Shown in pieces: positions 58,111 through 64,000 of a stretch of 64,000 bases of DNA. Under the pieces are notes generated by a model that was given only the letters and a program-made list of their open reading frames with translations, searched no databases and had not been told where the DNA came from. Origin of the DNA: a virus (Duplodnaviria; Caudoviricetes); the IMG/VR virus record IMGVR_UViG_2767802067_000002, positions 47,332 to 111,331 of that record; one strand, written 5' to 3'. A program made the translations under genes and the position numbers. Every line of letters begins with the position of its first letter. Position 1 is the first letter of the stretch.

Positions 58111-59190
58111 TCAGATCTCCTTCGTGGGGACGCGCAGCGTGCGGGCCCGGTAGGCGGCGTACAGCTCGGGCTGCTCGACCTTGAGGCGGTCGACGTCCAG
58201 CTCTTCGACGGTGCGGACGTACTCCGCGGCGAGCTCCGGGTGCTCCTTGGCGAAGCGCGACCCGGCGAAGGTGCCGTTGGCCTTCCACGTCCAGGCCACG
58301 GACTTGCCGACCTTCACGGTCTCGGCGGCGCCAGCCACCAGGCGCATCTCGTTCTCGACGGCCGCCAGCTCCGCGCCGAGGGCCTTCTCCTTCTCCTTGA
58401 GCTCCGCCCGGCGGGCCCGCAGAGCCTTCGCCTTGGCCATGTCGACCTCGGCGATGTCGTCCGGCTTCACCTTCCACAGGCGGCCCAGCAGGTTCTTCGT
58501 GTCCTCCAGGCCGTCCGGCGGCGGCGGGAAGCCCTCCACCACGTGCCGCTGGAACCAGCGCCCGCAGTGCTCGACGATGTCGCCGATCAGCTCCTGGTCG
58601 CGCTCCAGCCGGTGGTAGCGCAGCTTGTTGCCGCCGACCAGCGCCGCCACCCAGGCGTGCGACCAGCCGCCGACGGCCATGTACCAGTACGACTGGAGAG
58701 CCGGGCCGTCGGGGACGCCGTCCTCCCAGTCGTCGATCTGGAACTCGGAGCGGTTCTTGCACTCCAGCGGCGCGACGACCAGGCCGGTCGCCGGGTCGAG
58801 GACGTACCGGTCGACGTTCGCCCGCATCCACGAGTGCTCGACGTGGACCAGCGTCCCCGGTGGCATCCCGATCGGCAGCCCCGAGCGCTTCGCGAACAGC
58901 CGGGCGATGAAGTCTTCGATTTCGCGGCCGACTTCGGCGTACTCGGTGTCGACGTCGCCGGCCACCTTCCGGCCGTGCTTGGCCTCGAAGACCCGGCGCG
59001 GGCTGTTGTACTTCCCGGCCAGGCCGAGGATCGCGGCGACGTCGCTGCCGCCGATCCCGGAGCGGCGCACCGCGTGCCACTCCTCCTCGGGCGCGCCGTT
59101 CGGCAGCAGCAGGCGGGCGGTCGGAGCGTCCAGGCGCTCGACGGTCTCGCCGGCGAGGTTGAACAGCGGGGTCTCCAGGACGGCGGTCAT
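58111..59190 (-). CDS. YqaJ-like (lambda exonuclease family) recombination nuclease
   Basis: WHAVRRSGIGGSDVAAILG...RANVDR...LECKN...QSYWYM. Confidence 0.92.
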   Translation of the reverse strand: MTAVLETPLFNLAGETVERLDAPTARLLLPNGAPEEEWHAVRRSGIGGSDVAAILGLAGKYNSPRRVFEAKHGRKVAGDVDTEYAEVGREIEDFIARLFAKRSGLPIGMPPGTLVHVEHSWMRANVDRYVLDPATGLVVAPLECKNRSEFQIDDWEDGVPDGPALQSYWYMAVGGWSHAWVAALVGGNKLRYHRLERDQELIGDIVEHCGRWFQRHVVEGFPPPPDGLEDTKNLLGRLWKVKPDDIAEVDMAKAKALRARRAELKEKEKALGAELAAVENEMRLVAGAAETVKVGKSVAWTWKANGTFAGSRFAKEHPELAAEYVRTVEELDVDRLKVEQPELYAAYRARTLRVPTKEI

Positions 59191-59735
59191 CAGCCGATCA
59201 CCTCGACCGGCCGGGACGGAGGCGCGACAGGCAGCGGCCGCAGCCGGGCCTCTCGCAGCACCGCCGCGAACATGTCCACGTGGCCGCAACCGTTGGTCCA
59301 GGTGTCGACCCCGTACCAGGCGCCGTCCTCGCAGGTCCAGTTCGGCCTGACGGTGTCCCAGCCGCGCGGGCCGCCGCACTCGGCGCACGTCGCGGCGATC
59401 GTCACGGTGACGACCTCCAGGCCGACGTAGCCGCGGGTGCCGTCGCCGCGGTCGGCGACCCGGACGGTCATCCGGTCGGGCAGCGGCGCCACCGGCTCGC
59501 CGTGGCCGATGTACCGCACCCAGACCGACTCCTGGTCCCCGGCGGGGGCGGCGTACGCCTCCCAGGCACCGGCAGGCTGGTACGCCGGGTAGTTCGGGAG
59601 GCGGCCGGAGCTGATGTTCCGGGCGACGGACTTGGCGGTCAGGCTGCTCGGGAAGTTCCCGGCGAAGGTCCACTTGCCGGGCAGCGCCCGCGCGGCGGCC
59701 GCGGCGGCGGCGTGGTCGTTTCGGGTGCGTCCCAT
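59190..59735 (-). CDS. hypothetical protein with C-terminal Zn ribbon (181 aa)
   Basis: CAECGGPRG...WTNGCGHVD; TGATG coupling. Confidence 0.72.
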   Translation of the reverse strand: MGRTRNDHAAAAAAARALPGKWTFAGNFPSSLTAKSVARNISSGRLPNYPAYQPAGAWEAYAAPAGDQESVWVRYIGHGEPVAPLPDRMTVRVADRGDGTRGYVGLEVVTVTIAATCAECGGPRGWDTVRPNWTCEDGAWYGVDTWTNGCGHVDMFAAVLREARLRPLPVAPPSRPVEVIG

Positions 59736-59905
59736 CACCGGCCGCCCTTCCGGGTCTGGCGCGGCAGGGCGGAGAGGGCGGCCCGGGCGGGCTGCTGGGA
59801 CGGGTGGCGCAGGGGCGCGCAGAGGCGGCAGCCCGCCGCCCGGTGCGCCGCGTGCGCCCCCTCGGGGTGGTCGTGGCTTCCCGAGTGATCTGTACTCTGG
59901 CTCAC
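59735..59905 (-). CDS. small protein (56 aa)
   Basis: GTG with GAGGA RBS; CRLC..LRHPS. Confidence 0.5.
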   Translation of the reverse strand: MSQSTDHSGSHDHPEGAHAAHRAAGCRLCAPLRHPSQQPARAALSALPRQTRKGGR

Positions 59906-59985
59906 TGTTCCTCGATTCCGAGAGTTGAGGGACTGGTGACAGGGCTGCCTGTCGACCCGGCACGGTCCGGGCGGCCCTGTTGCCG

Positions 59986-60261
59986 TCATCCGGCGTGGCG
60001 ATTCCTGGCCCTGGAGGGGCGGAGGGCGCGGAGCCGGTCGGCGGAGGGGTTGTCGTCGGCCGGCGGCGCGACGACGGTCAAGTGCCGCACCTCGGCGGGG
60101 ACTTCGACGGTGAACATCTCCTGCATCGCGCGGAGATCGCACTCGCAGAAGGAGATCGACCCGCCGACCTTCATGTGGGGCAATTTCTTGATCTGGTCGC
60201 GCAGGAAGCGGGCCTTGCACCGCAGCTTCGCGGCGGCCTCGTCGCAGTCGTACGCCTGCAC
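59986..60261 (-). CDS. excisionase-like HTH protein
   Basis: YDCDEAAAKL...LPHMKVGGSISF...DL; follows the Cro-like gene. Confidence 0.72.
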   Translation of the reverse strand: MQAYDCDEAAAKLRCKARFLRDQIKKLPHMKVGGSISFCECDLRAMQEMFTVEVPAEVRHLTVVAPPADDNPSADRLRALRPSRARNRHAG

Positions 60262-60296
60262 AACTACGCATGTGCAGTGCGGTCGTTGACGCCGCA

Positions 60297-60563
60297 TCAG
60301 GACTTCGAGCCGTTCTGCGGAGCCGGTTTCTTGGCTTCCAGGACGACCATGGGGCAGCCCAGCGCGTCGGCCATGGCCTTGAGCCGGGGAGGGGTGGCGT
60401 TGCGGCGGCCGGCCTCGATGTCGCACATCAACTGCTCGGAGATCCCGAGCTGAGCCGCCAGCGCCCGCTTCGTCAGCCCGGCCTTCTCCCGGGCGTAGGT
60501 CACGGCCGCGGGGGCGTGGTTCATCGGGGCACCCCGTGGGCGCCGCTTCGACGGGTGATCCAT
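60297..60563 (-). CDS. Cro-like XRE HTH regulator
   Basis: AREKAGLTKRALAAQLGISEQLMCDIEAGRRN; TAGCGT -10 lies 6 nt before ATG (alternative start 60524). Confidence 0.88.
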   Translation of the reverse strand: MDHPSKRRPRGAPMNHAPAAVTYAREKAGLTKRALAAQLGISEQLMCDIEAGRRNATPPRLKAMADALGCPMVVLEAKKPAPQNGSKS

Positions 60564-60714
60564 AGCTGCACGCTAGCGCGTAGTAGCGCTAGTAGCAACT
60601 ACTTCAAGTTAGTGGCGCTAGTCGGGGCGTGACTACGCCTTCGCGCGACACAAATGCGCCTTAGCGCCTAGCCCTAGTAGCGAAGTAGCGCGTAGTACTG
60701 CGAAACTGAGCTAC
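60564..60714. promoter_or_regulatory. divergent immunity switch region with repeated TAGCGCGTAGTA / CTAGTAGC boxes
   Basis: TAGCGCGTAGTA near 60574 and 60686; low-GC interval between divergent HTH genes. Confidence 0.75.
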
Positions 60715-61179
60715 ATGGACATGAGCACGCGACCCGCCCCACCCCCGGAGGCCGCGGCCCTCAAGGCGGGGCTCAGCCGCTCCGGGCTGACGGCCAAACA
60801 GGCCGCGCTGGAGTCGGGCCTCAGCGACGCCAGATGGCGGCAGATCGTCAGCGGCTACCAGTCAGTTGGGGGCGTCCCCGTCCCCGTGAAAGCCCCGACG
60901 GAGACCCTCGCCCGGATGGCGCTCACCGTCGGCGTCACCCCGGACGAACTCCGGGAGGCCGGCCGCCACGACGCCGCCGACGAGCTAGCGCGACTACGCC
61001 CCGCGCGCCCCCAGGGCCCCGGCCTGGAAGCGACGCGCCCGACCATCAACGCCGTCGCCACCCTGCTGGCCGGCCTCCCGCCAGAAGCTCAAGACGAGGT
61101 TCTGCGCCTCATCGGCAGGGAGGTACCCGACCGACCCGGGCAAGACAACGGTCGGGAGCACTGGAAGCACACCGCCTGA
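60715..61179 (+). CDS. CI-like immunity repressor (XRE HTH)
   Basis: GLTAKQAALESGLSDARWRQIVSGY...TLARMALTVGVTPDELREAGR; divergent from the Cro-like gene. Confidence 0.85.
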   Translation: MDMSTRPAPPPEAAALKAGLSRSGLTAKQAALESGLSDARWRQIVSGYQSVGGVPVPVKAPTETLARMALTVGVTPDELREAGRHDAADELARLRPARPQGPGLEATRPTINAVATLLAGLPPEAQDEVLRLIGREVPDRPGQDNGREHWKHTA

Positions 61180-61287
61180 GCGAAGGTCACGGAATGGTCA
61201 CATTCTGTTTCTTCTCGTGAAAGTGCGCATATGCCGCGAGAAGGATTGGCCCCTCTTAAAGCACCCGAACGAACCAAAGGGGCCAAC

Positions 61288-62001
61288 GTGGTGCACCTGG
61301 CTGACGTCGTCCTGGCTGCAATCCTCGGGGCTGCCGTCCTCGCAATCGTCCTACTGGCCCGCTCGCACGCCCGTCACGCGAAGTTGATCAACGAGCTCCG
61401 CGCCGAGGTGACCGCCCAGAAGATCCTGGCGCTCACCTCGGCCGCCGCTCTCCCCGCAGCCACCGCTGGAGGCGAGGGCGAGATCACCGAGCCCTGCACC
61501 TCCCGCGCCAAGGCCAAGGGCCACCTTGCGCTCGTCGCCCACGAAGCCGACGCCGCCCCCGCCGTGCCCCGCCACCGGCTCCGCGCGTCCTGGGCAGCCC
61601 GGCGCCGCGCCCTCACCGTCGGCGTCACCGCCGCGACCGTCCTCGTCGGCGGCACCGCCGCCGCCATCGTCACCACCGGCACCACCGGGCGCCCCGCCGA
61701 CCCCTCCTCGGTCACCGTCCCGGCCGCCCCGCCCGCCCCCGGCAAGAAGAAGCAGCCGCCGATGGACTCCCGCAGCACCGAGGCCGACGAGTGCGAGCAC
61801 GACAAGCCCAGCACGCAGGTCCCCGAGGCCACGCCCGCACCCTCCATGTCCAGCGACAGCAGGCCCCGCCTGGCCGCGACCCGCGCCCACCAGGCGGACG
61901 GCCAGGTGCGCCACCCGAGGCTCCGCGCCGCCACGCCGGCCAGACAGACGCTCCGGGCCTCCGGAACCCTCCGTGCCCCGGCGCTCGGGCTCGCAAGCTG
62001 A
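61288..62001 (+). CDS. two-TM membrane protein in the immunity module
   Basis: GTG after AAAGGGG; hydrophobic segments separated by a coiled coil; Pro-rich tail. Confidence 0.65.
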   Translation: MVHLADVVLAAILGAAVLAIVLLARSHARHAKLINELRAEVTAQKILALTSAAALPAATAGGEGEITEPCTSRAKAKGHLALVAHEADAAPAVPRHRLRASWAARRRALTVGVTAATVLVGGTAAAIVTTGTTGRPADPSSVTVPAAPPAPGKKKQPPMDSRSTEADECEHDKPSTQVPEATPAPSMSSDSRPRLAATRAHQADGQVRHPRLRAATPARQTLRASGTLRAPALGLAS

Positions 62002-62015
62002 CGGCACCGCACGCA

Positions 62016-62050
62016 GAAGGGCCCCGGCGCGCACCGCGCCGGGGCCCTTC
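62016..62050. terminator. bidirectional hairpin between convergent genes
   Basis: GAAGGGCCCCGGCGCG-CAC-CGCGCCGGGGCCCTTC. Confidence 0.8.
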
Positions 62051-62056
62051 GCCCGC

Positions 62057-64000
62057 TCACACCTCCGCGCTGGCCGCCGCCGGATTGCTCCCACACTTCT
62101 CCAGCGCCTCGACCCGGGCCCGCCCGTACGCTTCCAGCACCGCGTCCCGGTCCGTTCCCCACGCCTCGGCGGTCGTCGCGCCGGTCGGCCGCCACTCCGC
62201 CTGGGGAATGCCGAGTTCGTCGGTGAAGCCGTCCTCCCAGTCCCAGAAGAAGCGCCCCACCGGCTCGCTCACGGCGGAGGGCAGCACGTACTCCGAGCCG
62301 TCACGGCGGTACATCGCCGGTCCGACGTACCAGACCTGCTCCCGCTCCGGCATCTCGGAGCGCACCGCGTTCAGCCCGCCCGGCACCTGGCGCGTCCACC
62401 AGGCCGCCGACCACACCTCGACCCGGGCCGGCTTGCCCCGGTCCACCTCCCACTGCGCCGCGACGGCCTGGGCGTGGCCCAGGTCCCAGAACCCGAGCGG
62501 GCGCCCGTCCACGTGCACCGCGTACACCCGCCGCCCGTCGCCCTGCTCCGGCGGGACCGGCGCGACGTCCGCCACCACCTGGCTCCCGGCGGGGCGGTGC
62601 CCGGGGCCGCGGCCGCCGGACAGCGCCCACTCGACCGTCTCCATGGCGTCGTCGTCCGCCTGCGGCAGCAGATGCCCGTACGTGTCCGACGTCGTCTGGA
62701 TGGACTCGTGGCCCAGGCGCCGCTGCACGTAGGTCAGGCTCCGGCCCGCGGTGATCAGCGCCGCCGCGTGGCCGTGCCGCAGGTCGTGGATCCCCGGGTC
62801 CTTGTCCGGGTCCAGGCCGACGGACTCCACCAGCGCCGCCGCGGTCAAGAACTCCTCGAACTTCGCGAACATCTCGGCGCTGTCCTCGTCGGCGCCCATC
62901 CCCACCGGCGAGTCGTAGCCGAGCAGCGCCAGCTCGTGGAACTCCACCGTGCTGGCGTCCCACTTCCTCTTCGCCTTGTCGACCGCCGCGATCCACCGGT
63001 CGTAGAACGTCGAGTACGGCAGGCGGTCGCCCTCGCCGTTGTGGAACAGCAGAGCGCCCGGGGACAGCTTGAGGAAGCCCGACTCGACTAGCTCGCGCCA
63101 GATCGTCTCGGGCAGCCTGATGACGCGCCTCGACGCCTTGCTCTTGGGCGTGCCGAGGTAGTAGCCCTTCTCCGGCGCCCACTTCCACGCACGGGCCACC
63201 CGCACCTTGACCTTGCCGTCCCGCGGGTCGCGGAAGATGTGCCGGCGCGTCAGCGCGGACAGCTCTCCCCAGCGCAGGCCGGTCGCGTACCCCAGCCGCA
63301 CGAGCAGCTTGTCCTCCGGCCGCTGGAGCTCGCCGACGATCGCCTCGACCTCGCGCGGCGTCAGGTAGCACCGGTCCTCGTCGTCGGAATCCTCGTCCGC
63401 GTCCACACCGGAGTCGTCCGTGCGCGGCAACGACACCAACTTGAACGGGTTCCTCGACCGGAGCGGCGGCTCCTCGTTGGTGGCCTCCTCCAGGATCGAC
63501 GACACCAGCCCGTGGATGTTCCGCAGCGTCTTCGGCGACATCGGCTTCTGCGTCGCGCCCCGCCACACCATCGTCTTCGACAGCACGAGGTCCCAGGCCG
63601 CCACCGTCGACTTGGAGAAGTCGGCGGCGGAGCGGATGTCGCAGTTCCCGAACGTGGGGAAGGCGTAGGTGCGCAACTCCCTGATGCACTGCTGCTTGTA
63701 CTTCCCGCCGACCCCGCCCCGGCGCTCGATCGACGCCAGCGCGTACGTCTCGAAGCGGTACTGCTCGGCGTCCTCCTCGGGCTCCGCCGCCGACTCGACC
63801 GGGTCGACGTACCCGACGCCCTTCACCCAGTTCTTGGGCCACTGCCAGCCGGCCGCCTCGACCTCGTCCCGGAACACGCCGGCACCGGGCTCGTCGGTGA
63901 ACGACTCGGACTGCCAGGGCCCGGTGCCGCCCAGGCGCCACTTCACCTGGTACGAGATGACCTCGCCGGCCCTGTTCTTGCGGGGGTAGACGCCTTTCAT
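62057..64000 (-). CDS. int: tyrosine integrase with C-terminal extension
   Basis: TGLRWGE (R), TPKS (K), HDLRH, LGH, TYGH (Y); N-terminal YQVKWR arm-binding-like segment. Confidence 0.93.
   Translation of the reverse strand: MKGVYPRKNRAGEVISYQVKWRLGGTGPWQSESFTDEPGAGVFRDEVEAAGWQWPKNWVKGVGYVDPVESAAEPEEDAEQYRFETYALASIERRGGVGGKYKQQCIRELRTYAFPTFGNCDIRSAADFSKSTVAAWDLVLSKTMVWRGATQKPMSPKTLRNIHGLVSSILEEATNEEPPLRSRNPFKLVSLPRTDDSGVDADEDSDDEDRCYLTPREVEAIVGELQRPEDKLLVRLGYATGLRWGELSALTRRHIFRDPRDGKVKVRVARAWKWAPEKGYYLGTPKSKASRRVIRLPETIWRELVESGFLKLSPGALLFHNGEGDRLPYSTFYDRWIAAVDKAKRKWDASTVEFHELALLGYDSPVGMGADEDSAEMFAKFEEFLTAAALVESVGLDPDKDPGIHDLRHGHAAALITAGRSLTYVQRRLGHESIQTTSDTYGHLLPQADDDAMETVEWALSGGRGPGHRPAGSQVVADVAPVPPEQGDGRRVYAVHVDGRPLGFWDLGHAQAVAAQWEVDRGKPARVEVWSAAWWTRQVPGGLNAVRSEMPEREQVWYVGPAMYRRDGSEYVLPSAVSEPVGRFFWDWEDGFTDELGIPQAEWRPTGATTAEAWGTDRDAVLEAYGRARVEALEKCGSNPAAASAEV

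Larger units (their letters stand above)
1..64000 (-). mobile_element. large temperate actinophage/prophage: integration, early and accessory regions (ends not in window)
   Basis: int - repressor/cro - xis - YqaJ/RecT - exonuclease - RusA - WhiB - rep order; no host operon context. Confidence 0.85.

Overview
Very GC-rich actinobacterial DNA, most like Streptomycetaceae (pyrE, WhiB and tRNA-Leu(UAA) content). The whole window reads as the non-structural part of a large temperate phage or prophage, with almost all genes on the minus strand. From right to left it holds: a tyrosine integrase, a CI/Cro-like switch, an excisionase-like gene, YqaJ/RecT, a DnaQ-like exonuclease, RusA, WhiB, an Arr-like ADP-ribosyltransferase, a replication initiator with internal iterons, many small hypotheticals, a bldA-type tRNA-Leu(UAA), a lone pyrE, and an spd-like membrane operon. 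Next comes a ~27 kb array of small cassettes (4.4-31.1 kb) with two repeated promoter/operator families and repeated hairpins. The left end is rich in DNA-modification genes: an N6-adenine-type MTase, a C5 MTase, an intein-containing PAPS-reductase-family gene, an atypical tRNA-Gly, an MTase-like/GNAT (Mom-like) fusion and a ParB-like gene. No capsid, tail, lysis or att site was recognised. The best candidate for a new system is the atypical tRNA-Gly placed directly upstream of the Mom-like GNAT fusion and sharing a promoter-like motif with it. This suggests a dedicated aminoacyl-tRNA donor for DNA hypermodification. All family calls come from reading motifs by eye; no searches were run. Many start codons were moved downstream of the ORF-track starts using RBS or leaderless-promoter evidence.
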